DNA from: Octopus vulgaris
Lineage: Eukaryota
Direction of reading: 5' to 3'
Assembly: GCA_951406725.2 (NCBI GenBank)
Contig: OX597820.1
Coordinates: 109,492,001 to 109,556,000, forward strand
DNA length: 64,000 nt
The position numbers and the translations under genes were made by a program. Positions 1 to 14,162 of this stretch are shown here, one piece after another. Within the stretch, counting starts at the first letter, position 1, and every line of letters begins with the position of its first letter. The notes beneath the pieces were generated by a model that saw only the letters and a list, made by a program, of their open reading frames with translations, was not told the origin of the DNA and searched no databases.

Positions 1-2177
1 CTGCTTACTATAACTTTGGTCTTTGCTACATTTACTCTAAGGCCCTTTGATTCTAACCCTTGCTTCCACACCCGAAATTTCTTTTCTAGTTCCGGTAGTG
101 ATTCTGCTTTGAGAGCCAGGTCATCAGCATAGAGGAGCTCCCAGGGGCATCCTGTTTTGAATTTCTCTGTTATTGCCTGGAGGACTATGATGAATAAAAG
201 GGGACTGAGGGCTGAGCCTTGGTGTACACCTACTTCTACTCGGAATTCTTCACTATATTCGTTGCCAATCCTAACCTTGCTGACAGCCTCTCTGTATAGA
301 GCCTGTACAGCCCTTATTAGCCATTCGTCAATCTCCAGTTTCCGCATCGACCACCAGATAAGGGATCGGGGAACCCTGTCAAAGGCTTTCTCCAAGTCCA
401 CAAAAGCTATGTAGAGGGGTTTATCTTTAGCTAGGTACTTCTCCTGCAGTTGTCGGATCAGGAATATAGCACCAGTGGTGCTTCTACCCGGCATAAAACT
501 GAACTGCATCTCATCTAAGCAAATTCTCTCCCTAATGAGATGGGTTATGACCCTCTCTGTGACCTTCATCCCCTGATCCCACACTTTAACACCCCTGTAG
601 TTATTTCTATCTAGAGCATCACCCTTACCCTTGTAGCAGTTGACTATGGTGCTGCTACGTCAGTCATTGGGTATGACTCCATTGTGAACTACCTGGTTTA
701 CAATGCAGGTGACTAGGCCATGGCCCACATAGCCAGCTGTTTTAAGCATCCCAGCAGTGATTCCAGATGGGCCGGGGGCTTTACCTGTTTTCATATCCTT
801 AATTGCCTTAACTACAAGGGAGCTGTCTATTCGGATAGCTGGTCCCTCTACTGGGTCAACATTTGGCAGGCTCTCCTCCTCCCATTCATTCTCCTCATTC
901 AGCAGTCTTTCGTAATGGCTTCCCCAAGCCTCTTTCTTTTCACCAACATTAAAAGCAAGTGCTCCATCATCCATGTGGACACATTTCTCTCCTGTAACAT
1001 CACTATTTTCTCTGACACACTGTCTGGCAATCCGAAATACCTCAGCTCTTTGGTCCTCACGTCGCAGGACATTGGCAAACTTCTTCTTTTCTGCTACATC
1101 TTTGGCTATGTATACCTGCTGCCCAGCCTCCCTTTTGGCTACCTGGTACAGTTCCCTGCCACCCCCATCCCTCCAGGCTTTCCAGGCCTGTCTCTTTGCA
1201 CTAATGGCTTTGTCTACTACACTATTCCACCACCACGTAACTCTAGGTCTGGAAGGGACTTTGCACCATCCACAGACTTGGTCTGTGGCACTCAGCAAGC
1301 TGTCCCGTAGGAATTCCCAGCTACCTTCTATGTCCGACGTTTGAAGCTTCTCCTCCCTCTCATCAAATTTCTTGATGAGGATGTCCCTAAATCTCTGACC
1401 ATGTGAAGGGTTCTTTAGCTTCCAAATCCTTCTTTTCTGGATTGGTTTGTTTCTTGGAGTCCTTCTGGCCTCAAGCTTAAAGTCACTGATGATTAGCCTA
1501 TGCTGAGGGATACATTCTTCACCCGGGAGGGTCTTTGTATTTAAGAGCGACCCTGCATCCTGCTGTCTGGTGAGGATGAAGTCTATTTGGCTAGCGGAGT
1601 CTCCTGACTGATAGGTTATAAGGTGGCAGTCAGGCTTCCTGAAGTTAGTGTTGCAGATTACAAGGTTACATGCATCACAGAATTCCAGTAATCTAGTTCC
1701 CTCATCATTTCTGGTGCCAATACCATGGCCACCGTGTACCCCAGTGAAGATACCCGATTTCTGCCCAACATGCCCATTAAAGTCTCCACCCACAAAGATG
1801 AGGTCCTTGCCACTAGTCTTTGAGGTAGCTTGTAGAAGACTATCATAAAATTGGTCCTTCTGATCATTTGGTAGTCCCGCTTGTGGGGCATAGGCGGAGA
1901 TAATCGTAGCTGTGCCACTCTGTAGGACTAACTTGAGCTTAAGCACTCTATTGCAAACCCTGACAACCTCTATGACCTTATCCACCCATTTCTCCGCAAG
2001 GAGAATGCCTACACCCCCTACACCATCCATGTTACCTTGCCAGAAGACTTTATACCTATGTGCCTTGCATGTGAGGACCCTAGCTGAAGCACCTCTCCAT
2101 CTTACCTCTTGTATGCAGCATACATCAATCCGTCTTCTCTCAAGCATCACTACAATCTCACTAGACCTACCTTTCAA
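1..2177 (-). pseudogene. RTE EN-RT polyprotein with a premature stop (PNDW to PND*) at 660
   Basis: TGA at 660-662 replaces the TGG seen in the 14163-16400 copy; RT-like coding sequence continues beyond the stop. Confidence 0.85.
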
Positions 2178-3530
2178 TGTACCAACATTGACAGTGCCAA
2201 CTCTGAAAACTGGGAAGGAGATGTGGGGGGGGGGAGCAATTCAGCGCCTGAAAAGAAGAGGGTTGTTGTGGTGGTGATAGTTTTTTAGGCATTTTTCATC
2301 TGATCTCTCTTCCGACCTGACAACATTCAAGCATTTAGGCAGGTTAAGGTTGTGGTCCCTGCCGTAGGCAGGAGCTGGTGTTAGCAGCGTAGTAAGCATA
2401 AGCACTAAGGTCATTGATGATGTAGATGTAAGCTCTGTGGCAGAAATACTGAAATTCTAGGTGTTAGTAGCATTCTAAGCAAGCATTATGGTCACCGAGT
2501 AACGTAGTTAAAGTAGCGTAGCAGAAATATGGATATTCTAGTGTTGGGTTGGGGGTGGGGGAGTCCTAGCTGAGAGAAGAGAGGGAGAGGGAGAGAAAGT
2601 GGGGGGTGTGCAGGTAATATAGGGGAGCACCAGTGGGGAGGTTTGGGGTAAGGAGAAACGATGACAGGTAGGGTTGGTACCAGGTTCTAGACAGAATGAA
2701 ATGTAGGAAATAAAACGTAGGATATCACGAGTGGGGGAGGGGACTGGAAGAAGATAGCCGGTTGAGGCAGTGGCAGATTTCAAAACAGGAGGAACATAAG
2801 ATAACGGGTTAAGTGGAACGGTTGATGAGCTGCGGCGCTAGCTGCTTCTGTCTTGGGGGAGAGAGGCAGGGGTAATACATAGTGAGAAAGCATATTGAGG
2901 AGGAGGGGTAGGAGGAATAGACACACGTAATGGTGGTGGTAGAGGGGATACCCGGTGAAGATGGTGTAAACAGAGTGTTCTCCGGTATGGGTGGTGGGGG
3001 TGGGAAAGGGTGGGCACACCGCGAATGGCAGAACGGCGAAGATTTTGATTGGGGACGGTAGTGAGAAGAATTAAGCAATCGGGGTTTGAAGAAAGTAACA
3101 TAGAGTAACGAACGAATTAACTTCATACCGGGGGGGGGGGGATGTTAAAAAATTAAAGGATTATATTTTGTGGGGAACCGTATCAACAGTTAGCTCATGA
3201 AAGAAAAGAACAAGCAGATTAGTGAATAGATTCGAACATTTAAGCGTTAGTGGCAAATGTATGTATGTAGTACAAGGATTGAAGAAATGAAATGAGAATT
3301 CTTAGCTTGCTTTGGACATCGCTGTGGTCAAGAAAGAGTGAGTAGAAGAGGAGCACGAGGTGATATTTAAATAGGTTGACCGGAAGTGAATTGGAAAGAC
3401 GGAAGTTTTGATTGAGAAACAGAAATGGCGAAGAATTTGATTGGGGACGGTAAACGAACGAATTATCTTCATACCGGGGCGTTTTAAAAAAATTAAAGGA
3501 TTTCGTGGAGAAAAGAACAAGCAGATTAGT
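1..3530 (-). mobile_element. RTE-clade non-LTR retrotransposon (family 1), 5' region plus EN/RT, running off the window start
   Basis: APE endonuclease motifs (IQEVRW, AYAPQ, GGDFNGH) in ORF 660-2177; RT continues to base 1 with YADD at ~120-131 (-); homologous to the copy at 14163-16400. 2200-3530 read as a pyrimidine-rich 5' UTR, boundary approximate. Confidence 0.85.
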
Positions 3531-4296
3531 GTAAAAATTTGCAAAATATTTTTTCATGATTCCATGTTGAATTCCGTCCATCAAAAGGAAAAGATCCTAA
3601 TTAAGAATGTGTCAATTAATAATTTATGATTTTACCTTATAAAATACTGACAGTAATATTTCAATTTTTCCATGTCAGATATTTCAATTATTTTCATGTT
3701 TAATTTAAATATATGTTGTGATTGAATTATTTGATATTACCAATCCACACCAAGTTAATGGCAGGGAATTTTACCATGTTGTTGGTTGCACAATGGCTCA
3801 CCAAAAGTTACAAACAACAAGACCCCAAAACCATCATTACCAGGCTCACCTTAAGTACCCTGATTTTGCAGTATTAGGAGGTCACAGGAATTCATTCAAT
3901 GAAAAAAGAAATTTCCAGTGATTCCGGGATGAGTGGGTGGGGAGAGAACCCCCACCTCGTTTTTTGCAGCATATTAGGAGGTCAGGGTATTTGATTCCAC
4001 CTCAAAAATTAAATTTTTTGTTTTTTTTTTGTTTCTTAGTGAAAATCGTGCGGGTGTTAATATAGAAATTTGCCATGATGTTGTTGTTATTTAGCCTCCA
4101 ATTGATACTGCAAACCTATCATCAAAGGCATTCCAGCCTTCAGCAAACCGTTTTTTTAGGGATAATCTAGGACATTACATACAATGTGTGTGTGATTTAG
4201 GTAGGGGATACTTTGGCTGTTATTTTTAGCATGTCGAGCAACCAGGTAGAGGCTCTTTCATTGGTTTGATTGCGTGATGGGATTTTTTTACACATA

Positions 4297-4620
4297 GGTG
4301 CAGGAGTGGCTGTGTGGTAAGTAGCTTGCTTACCAACCACATGGTTCTGGGTTCAGTCCCACTGTGTGGCACCTACTATAGCCTCAGGCCAACCAAGGCG
4401 TTGTGAGTGAATTTGGTAGATGGAAACTGAAAGAATCCCATCGTATATATGTATATGTTTATATGTGTGTGCGTGTTCCCCCAACATCACTTGACAACTG
4501 ATGTTGGTGTGTTTATGCCCCCGTAACTTAGTGGTTCGGCAAAAGAGGCCGATGGAATAAGTACTAGGCTTACAAAGAATAAGTCCTGGGGTCGATTTGC
4601 TTGACGGAAACAAGTAAAAG
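4297..4620 (+). mobile_element. tRNA-derived SINE, family A (internally deleted, 3' truncated)
   Basis: A-box-like gtggctgtgtggtaag and B-box-like ggttcagtccc; same sequence at 29113-29513 and 61479-61869. Confidence 0.8.
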
Positions 4621-4859
4621 GGTATATATGTAATATGTATATATATCATTGGCAGAAGTTAGAGAGTAAGTCAAAAGCTGAGAGTTTCATGTATTGGCAC
4701 TTATCCAACACGAATTTGTCCATTGTCACTCTAACTTCTAAAATACCAAATTTTGTCAAAAACCTTAAGAGTAAAAACCTGTTCTATGTGACACATTCTA
4801 ACAGTATTGGAAGTTTGAAAGTGTTTAGTTAAAAAAAAATTAACTAAATAATCTGTATG

Positions 4860-4962
4860 TCAAAGTCGACCGTGGCGAAATTTGAATTCAAAATGTTAAG
4901 ACAGTTGAAATATCGCTAAGCATTTTGCCCGGCGCACTAATGTTTCTGCTATCTCGCCGCTT
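4860..4962 (-). mobile_element. SINE family B head fragment
   Basis: Matches 52014-52114 (caaagtcgacc...gaaatttgaa...gctaagcattt..cccggc). Confidence 0.6.
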
Positions 4963-5465
4963 TAGAATGGAAACATTCATTTTAGAAATATTCTTTATTC
5001 TTATTGCTTAGGCGTTACTTCTTACTTCCTGACATTAAATTTCGTAACATTTTACCTCATAACTGTTTTTCTACTAATTTTTGTTCAATGCGACTAACGA
5101 TTCTGAATACCTAATTTTATCATTTAAGCCAAAGAAAAGTATACATTTAATTTAAAATTTAAAAATTTATGTTGAAGATGAGTATCTGCTTTACTGCCCA
5201 CTGGAGGTCCGACATATTTTGATGTAACTTTTTTTCTTCTGAACCAAATCTCAAACTATTTATGTCAAAGTGTAGCTGAGGAGGTGTCCTCTTTAAAACT
5301 ATTAACAGTTTGCAATTTAGTTAGTGGTGAAGCATGGAAGGTGCTGGAATTGACGAAATGGTGGACTTAAGAATATATTCAACTTCTACCGTGGTTGAAT
5401 GATATAAAATTGGAGAAATTGAAGAATCACAACAAATGCTCAAATGTAAACTTGGAAGTATATAT

Positions 5466-5683
5466 AATCCTTTCTACTGAAAGCACAAGGTCTTAAATTT
5501 GGAGGGAGAGGACTAGTCGATTACATCGACCCCAGTGTTTTACTGGTACTTAATTTATTGACTCTGAAAGGATGAAAGGCAAAGTCAACCTTGGCGGAAT
5601 TTGAACTCAGAACGTAGTAATGGATGAAATTCTGCTAAGCATTTCGTCCAGCATGCTAGCAATGTTTCCAGCTCGCGGCCTTA
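5466..5683 (-). mobile_element. tRNA-derived SINE, family B (Meta-domain-like core), ATT-type tail
   Basis: Core gtcgactttgcctttcatcctttc..ggtcgataaattaagtaccag (minus-strand family consensus) shared with 51886-52114, 56443-56670 and 60030-60685. Confidence 0.75.
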
Positions 5684-5733
5684 ATTAGAAGTATATAATA
5701 ATGCTGCCAAATAGTATTGGGCAATTATATATC

Positions 5734-5766
<33 letters not shown>

Positions 5767-5959
5767 GTATGTATATATGTATCTATACATCTACTTTTTT
5801 GCAGCTATAAGGGTCTTTGATTCTTGTTTCTAGCAATGTAGGTGCTACCCTGCACCCTCAAACTGTAATTTTCCTTTTTGGTTTTATATTGCGTCTAGCC
5901 ACCTTTGTTACTGTATATACACATATATATACACTCATACATTCCTACCTACCTACATA

Positions 5960-6094
5960 CATATGTTGAGCTTTTTTTAGTTTCAATTTACGAAATCTAC
6001 TCACAGGGCTTTAAGTCAGCCTTGGGCTATAGTAGAAGACACTTGTTCAAAGTGCCTATCCATACTTGTACATATGTGAGTGTGTGCATGCATA

Positions 6095-6125
<31 letters not shown>

Positions 6126-6320
6126 TTTACCTATTTCACTCATTAGACTGTGGCCATGCTGGGGCCTTGAAGTTTTTAGTTAAACAAATCAACACCAGTA
6201 CTTATTTTTTCAGCCTGGCACTTATTGTAATAGTTTCTTTTTGTCAAACTGCTTATTTACAGTGACATAAACAAACCAGCACCAGTTGTCAAGTGGTTGT
6301 GGTGACAAACACCGACAGAA
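5960..6320 (-). mobile_element. Degenerate SINE family A fragments separated by (CA)n
   Basis: Similarity to 29113-29513. Confidence 0.6.
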
Positions 6321-6529
6321 ATACACACATGCATGTGTGTGTGTGTGTGTGTGTGCGTGCGTGCGTGCGTGTGTTATCTTTTACTTGGTAAAAGGAACTA
6401 ACATTAATCTCAAAGGCAAACAGGGAAAAACAGACTAAAAAGAAAAAAGTAAAGAATGTATATACACACACACACACACACACACATAGGCATTTGTTGG
6501 TCCTGAGAGACCATAGCTCTGCGCCTGAA

Positions 6530-7035
6530 GAAATCGTGTCAGCTGCTGATGACAGTGCAGTGTCTGTTGTGGCTGTATAAGCTCACATGGGAGTGGCAGT
6601 CACACATACAGCAACTCTGCTGATGCTACTGGTTTTTCTTTCGAGTGCACTTTTCTTTGGTGGTGAGTTCCTGTTTTTCTTCTGCTCACTTCATCCCCTT
6701 TCACAGTATTTGTCTCCAGTGCGGGCAATCATTTGCAGCTTCCTCCCATCTCAGGATGTCCAGATCAAGCAGCTTCATATCCCACTTACAAATATCCTTG
6801 AAGCGAAGATAAGGTCATTGTCATGCTTTTGTGCTGGTAGCTAATTCCCCACACAGGTGGTCTTTTGGGATCCTCCCATCTGGCATGTGATGTACATGAC
6901 TAAGCCAGAGCAGGGTGAGTATGCTGAGTATCTTGGTGTAGTTAAAGACTTCTGTGCTGGTGATGTGGTCGATCGACTTGATATCCAAGATGTGTCTCAA
7001 ATTACGAATGTGGAAGACATTGAGACGTTGCTCCT
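6530..7035 (-). mobile_element. Degenerate 3' fragment of RTE family 2 (BovB-like)
   Basis: Translation FHIRNLRHILDIK...WLSHVHHMPDGRIPKDHLCGEL parallels ORF 9919-10509. Confidence 0.75.
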
Positions 7036-7057
7036 GTATATATATATACACATATAT

Positions 7058-7215
7058 ATGACAGGCTTCTTTCAGTTTCTGTCTACCAAATCCAGTCACA
7101 ACGCTTTGGTCGGCTCGAGGCTATAATAGAAGACACTTGTTCAAGGTGCCACGCAGTGGGAATGAACCCGGAACCACGTGGTTGGTAAGCAAACTACTTA
7201 CCATACAGCCATCCT
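7058..7215 (-). mobile_element. SINE family A 5' half
   Basis: Close match to 29360-29513. Confidence 0.75.
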
Positions 7216-7259
7216 GAGGAGTCTTGGAGGACAACCAATCTTAGTTAAAAGCCTTTGTG

Positions 7260-7400
7260 ATAAAAAGTGGTTGCCTTTGCTCTTGGCACTTCTGTAGCTG
7301 TCAAAATGAGATCATGTCAATGGTGGAGTGTTCTGATCTGAAACTGCACTCAGATTTAGGGTATACCCTCTCAACGATTTTCTGTTGTCTGTTTAGGACC
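7260..7400 (-). mobile_element. RTE RT fragment
   Basis: ERVYPKSECSFRSEHSTIDMISF parallels ERVYPESQSGFRAERSTIDMIFS in ORF 10516-12231. Confidence 0.7.
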
Positions 7401-7404
7401 ACAT

Positions 7405-7757
7405 ACAGCGAGGATGACATTTCAAAGGCTGGGGCAGTTTGAATGGGAAACGATTCCCCACCAACCATATTGGCCAGACATTGCTCCATCTGATCATCAC
7501 TTATTCCGCAGTCTTCAAAATCATTTGGACAGAAAATATATGAATTTTGTAGATGAGGTGAGAACAATACTGGAGGAGTATTTTTTGTTATGCACAACTG
7601 AATTTTAGAAGAGGGGCCTTGCAAATCTAGCAGATATGGAAGAACATTGTAGAAAATGAAGGAGAGTACATTTTAGATTAAAAAGGAACATTTTTTAATC
7701 TTAATTTTGAAAAATAAAAGTAGAAAAAAATCGCATTATTTATGGGATGACCCAATA
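7405..7757 (+). mobile_element. Mariner transposon 3' remnant
   Basis: WETIPHQPYWPDIAPSDHHLF is a variant of the mariner YSPDLAPSDYHLF motif; ends in TIR-like ttatttatgggatgacccaata. Confidence 0.75.
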
Positions 7758-7966
7758 GAATGAATTTTCAAATTCAAAAGATAAACTAAATAGAAATGCT
7801 GTTATAGCAATGAAGTAGAAATGCTGCTGAATAATTGAGGAAACTGTTTCATTAAGTATTATGAGACAAATGCAAATAATAAATTGAATGACTCCAGCTC
7901 ATGTCGAATGATTTAGAAAGTAGACATCTTATAAATTGGAACGAATTCAACAGCTTTAAATGCTAA

Positions 7967-8012
<46 letters not shown>

Positions 8013-8013
<1 letters not shown>

Positions 8014-9424
8014 CGTAAATCCTCAAGTATAATACGCATTTGTTTTCCCAAAATTTAAAGGTCAAAATCCCTAGTGCGTACTATATACAAGGTTAAAAAT
8101 GAAAATTATTTTCTAATCAATGTCCAAGTCTCTATTTGCTGTCTAGCTATGTTTATTTCAGACACATTTTGTGATGTCAGGCGTGAAAATACCTTAAACT
8201 AAACCTGAAAGCAATGAAGTCATAAAAGAATCATTCATAACTTGCAGTAAGCAACATTTATTAAAACAAAAGTATTCAGAACACAGAATAACATGTAACA
8301 AAAACAATTTGCAAACATATTTACATTCCCATATAACAGTTAAGAACACCACCATTACTGTATTACGCATGCGCGGAAGTGTTTGTTCCACTAGGTGCTG
8401 CTGGCTTAATTATGCCCGATGACAGAGATTTATACTACAATGATGCCGACATGTTTACAGAGGAACAAATGGAACAGTTATTTGATGCTGAAAGTGACGT
8501 TGAATTTGAATAAATGCTTTTGCTTTTGTAACTGATAGTGATAAATATGTAAAGGTAATTTACTTAATATTTACTTTTCACTGGTGACAAATGAAGTGAG
8601 TTCATGGCTTGCAAGACGGCCTGCTGTGCTTGAGGAGATCTATTTTGTCAAGTTCATCAGCATCAAAATAAAAATCATATGGATATTGTAGTTGTGGTAC
8701 CCATGCTGGTGGCATGTAGGGCCTCACAGAGGAAATGACGAAGACTGAGACCTCTGAGATATGCTGTGACTGTGAAGACCTGACAAATGAAGTGAGTTCA
8801 TGGCTCGCAGGACAACCTGCTGTGCTAACCTTGGGTTGTAGAGTGACCTGCTGTTCTTGAGGAGACCTATTGAGTCAAGTATGTCAACACCAACATCAAA
8901 ATAAAAATCAAATGAAAATTGTAGTTAAGATACCTGTGCCGGTGACACATAAAAAGCACCATCTGAATGTGGCAGAAGCCAGCGCCGCCTGACTGGCGTC
9001 CGTGTCGGTGAAACATAAAAGCACCAACCGATTGTGACTGTTTGCCAGACCACGCTGGCCCCTGTGCCGACGGCACGTAAAAAGCACCCACTACACTCAC
9101 GGAGTTGTTGGCGTTAGGAAGGGCATCCAGCTGTAGAAACACTGCCGGATCAGACTAGAGCTTGGTGCGGCCTCCTAGCTTCCCAGACCCCGGTCGAACC
9201 GTCCAACCCATACTAGCATGGAAAACGGACATTAAAGGATGATGATGAATAAAGGACGTTACCATATATATTATTACAAACCAAGGATGTTATATAGACG
9301 TCCTTGACTCAAGTTAGAGAAGGGGTGCGTATTATACACAAGGTTTAGGCTTTTCAGAGGTACAGCCCCCTAAAAATCCCCTGCGTATTATACTCAAGGG
9401 TGGACTATACTCGAGGATTTACGG
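8013..9424. mobile_element. Non-autonomous TIR DNA transposon (Tc1/pogo-type MITE) with a nested RTE 3' UTR
   Basis: TIRs ccgtaaatcctcaagtata / tatactcgaggatttacgg; subterminal tgcgtattatac repeats; sits in (TA)n. Confidence 0.75.
8582..9247 (+). mobile_element. RTE family 1 3' UTR/tail fragment
   Basis: Ends in ggcgttaggaagggcatccagctgtag...ccaacccatactagcatggaaaacggac and (tga)n, as other copies do. Confidence 0.75.
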
Positions 9425-9464
9425 TATATATATATATGTATATATATATATGTATATATATATA

Positions 9465-9846
9465 CTAGCAGTATCGCCCGGCGTTGCTCAGGTTTGTAAG
9501 GGAAATAACTATAAAGCATTTTTAGAGAGTTATAGCCCAAAAATAGCAAAAAAAATGGAAAAAAATGATGGTAAATTTTTTTGAGAGTAAAAAAAGGTGG
9601 AGTTGCGTCCCCTAGACAGTTTGCGGTTTGTGTTTCTGATTCTCGACCCCATGTCGAATTTATCGATTTTGTTCAGAACTGGGGGAACTTTTCAAAATTT
9701 TCGCTGCGTTAGTTTTGAATTATGACATTGGGCTATGTGTGTGTCAAGTTTCATCAGAATCGGTTGAAAGCCGTGGTCAGGGTGAGGGTACAAGCAAACA
9801 GACACACAGAAACACGCACAGACAAACTGCCGTTTATATAGAGAGA
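9465..9846 (-). mobile_element. Non-autonomous Helitron
   Basis: Minus strand starts TCTCTCTATATAAA, has a gtctgt-type microsatellite and an aaccgattctgatgaaactt block, and ends with hairpin cctgagcaacgccgggc then CTAG. Confidence 0.7.
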
Positions 9847-9860
9847 TATATATATATATA

Positions 9861-12818
9861 TTCTCTTTCTCTTCTCCCGTCTGTCTTGATAGGCAATGGG
9901 TCGCGCCAAGGGTGGGGCCTACTTTGATGATGAGCAGCGTCTGCTGTGACTGAACAGTCCAATCCTAGAGTGGCAGTCCCTGGTACAGTTGCTGCACACG
10001 AACATCGATGGGTACGTGTGGGGTGTTGCTGCAGTTGTCCCCCTCCTGTCCCGCCTGTCCGACCACAGCTGTGCTCTCCTTTCCTCAGCCATGGAAACGC
10101 CTTTCCTCACTGTCCGACGCCAGGCAGAGCGCCTAGCAGCTGTTATCTCCCACGTGTCCACACAGATGTTGGCAGTCCTCAGGTTGCGCTTGCACACATC
10201 CCTGTATCGTAGCTGTGGACATCCCTTGGGTCGGGATCCCGTGGTGAGTTCGCTGTACAGGATGTCTTTAGGCATGCGACCGTCCTGCATGCGGCAGACG
10301 TGTCCGAGCCAGCGCAGTCGTCTCCGCAATAGGAGGGCATGCAGGCTTGGCATATTAGTCTGTTCTAGGATGACTCCGTTTGGTACTCGGTCCTTCCAGG
10401 AGATGCCAAGGATCCGTCGAAGACACCGCATGTGGAAGCCGCTGAGGCGGCATTCTTGCCGGGTGTATGTTGTCCAGCTCTTGCTGCCGTAGAGTAGGGT
10501 GCTCAGCACGCAGGCTCAGTACACTGCGATCTTGGTGGTTATTGTGAGCATGTTGTTTTCCCACACTCTCCTGGAGAGCTTAGCCATGGCAGCAGCAGCC
10601 TTCCCAATCCGTCTGTTCAGCTCCGGCTCGAGGGACAGGCTGCTGGAGACCGTCGATCCCAGGTAAGTGAACTCGTTCACCACCTGCAAGCTGTGGTCGC
10701 CGACACTGATGCTGGGGACCCCTCCGACGTCCTGGCCCATGACCTCTGTCTTTTTCAGGCCGATGGTAAGGCCGAACTCTTGGCAGGCATCCGCCAGGGA
10801 GCTGACCAGCCTCTGGAGACCTGGCTGGTTGTGTGATGTTAGGACGGCATCGTCAGCAAAGAGGATCTCTCTGATCAGCACCTGACGGACTTTGGTCTTA
10901 GCTCTGAGGCGCGCAAGATTGAACAATCCACCATCAGCCCTGGTGTGGAGGAACACTCTGTCGTCGGACGTTCTGAAGGCATAGGACAGGACAAGGGAGA
11001 AGAAAATTCCGAAGAGCGTCGGCGCCAGAACGCAACCCTGTTTCACTCCACTCTGGATGGGGAACGACTCCGAGGGCGATCCGTCAAACTGCACTGTTCC
11101 CTGCATACCGTCGTGAAAGGTGATGAGTTTCAGCAGTCTGGGAGGGCAACCTATCCTACCCAGGAGCGCAAACAGCCCCTCCCTGCTGACTGAGTCGAAC
11201 GCCTTAGCCAGGTCGATGAAGGCCACGTATAGGGGCTGTCTCTGTTCTCGACTCTTTTCTTGAAGCTGCCTGAGTGAGAAGATCATGTCGATTGTAGACC
11301 TCTCTGCCCTAAAGCCAGACTGAGACTCGGGGTACACACGCTCTGCAAGCAATTGCAACCTCTTCAGGACCACCCTGGCAAATGCCTTACCGACAGTGCT
11401 GAGCAGTGATATGCCCCTGTAGTTATTACAGTCGCTTCTGTCCCCTTTGTTTTTATACAGTGTGATGATGTTTGCGTCACGCATATCCTTAGGGACAGAG
11501 CCCTCCTCCCAGCACTGACAGAGCAGCTCGTGGAGATGGCCCAGAAGGGCTGGCTTCCCGCACTGGATGACTTCTGCGGGGATGCCGTCTTGCCCTGGTG
11601 CCTTGCCCCGAGCGAGTGAGTCAATTGCTTTGCTCAGTTCTTCCTTTGTTGGAGGCAGGTCAAGCTCCTCCATGAGAGGCAGAGCAGGAATGCCGGTGAG
11701 GGCAGACCTGGTGACCACATTCTCAGTGGAGTAGAGGTTCTGGTAATGCTCGACCCACCTCTCCATCTGCTTCGCTTGGTCCTTGATGACCTCGCCATCC
11801 CTGGACTTCAGTGGAGCAACCTTGCTGACAGTGGGCCCGAATGCTTTCTTTATCCCCTCGTACATCCCTTTCACGTTACCACTGTCAGCACAGCACTGGA
11901 TGTTCTGGCATAAGTTCTGCCAGTAGATGTTGGCGCAACGTCTGACCGTCCTCTGGGCGTCGCTTCTGGCTGTTCTCAGAGTAGCCAGGTTCTTTTCTGA
12001 TGGGTCGCGCTTATAGTTGACCAGTGCTTCCCTCTTGGCAGCAATGACAGGCTCCATCTCAGGCAGGTGAGCTTCAAACCAGTCTTGATTTCTCCGCTCC
12101 CTCTTTCCTAGGGATGACATGGCTATTCTGCAAGTGGTGTCACGAATAAGCTGCCATCTCTCCTCGATGGACGTGGCTGCGTGATCTTTAAGGGCCTCCT
12201 TCATGCGGTTGGTGAATTCTGAGCGGAGCAAAGGAAAGTGATTGCGTCTCTCATAGCCTCTCCTCTCCAGGTGTAATGATTGCTGCAGAACTTCTACTTG
12301 GCTGCGCCTTGTGGAAAGTTCTTGCTTATGGCCTCTCCTGCACTACTGTGTCCACAGCAGCACCTTCATGCGGTACCCCCTGTTCTCACTGAGCCTGCTG
12401 TGTGGCACGACCGGATGCTTGGCGGTATAACCAGGTGGGCAGACTGGGCTCGTTAGCCTTGGTTGGCAGCCAGTCTAGGAGAAGGAAAACTCTGACTCCA
12501 AACCCTCGCTCCACTGCCTTGCGGATGCTCATGGGAGAGGGAAAGGCTATGGGAGTAAACCCAGACAGAAAATCCGGAGCGGAGCCCCGAAGGCGGTAGG
12601 GTGTCGAATCTCGACCCTTTTCCGGCAACTCCTGCAGCCAACCAGACTCCAAACGTACTGCACTGCATTCCTTTGGATTATGTCTGGGGGGGCCGAGAGG
12701 GAGATTCTGGTGTCTGGGCAGCCCAGTGTCTTCGTTCCTACCGCCCAGGCTGGCGCCATGGAGAAACTTCTCCATCGATGGAACAAGCTGAGATGGCAGT
12801 TACGAGTTTTAAGCCAGG
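9861..12818 (-). mobile_element. RTE family 2 (BovB-like) LINE with an internal deletion of the endonuclease
   Basis: GC-rich; 5' UTR 12240-12818 is joined directly to the post-EN linker; RT with QGCVLAP and FADD; C-terminal CxxC..H motif; flanked by (TA)n on both sides. Confidence 0.88.
9919..12231 (-). pseudogene. RTE reverse transcriptase, frameshifted near 10510
   Basis: ORFs 10516-12231 and 9919-10509 are consecutive parts of one RT protein. Confidence 0.85.
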
Positions 12819-14149
<1,331 letters not shown>

Positions 14150-14162
14150 TCTATATATATAT

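Noticed and set aside
720-1344. Antisense ORFs over LINE coding regions (also 9989-10492, 42744-43322, 50038-50613)
   Set aside because: Shadow frames of GC-richer retroelement ORFs.
4297-4375. tRNA gene
   Set aside because: The A/B boxes belong to a SINE head; no complete cloverleaf.
4643-4763. Possible minus-strand terminal exon (FLTKFGILEVRVTMDKFVLDKCQ...*), phase-compatible with a donor near 20985
   Set aside because: Short, no recognisable homology, and could arise by chance; needs transcript data.
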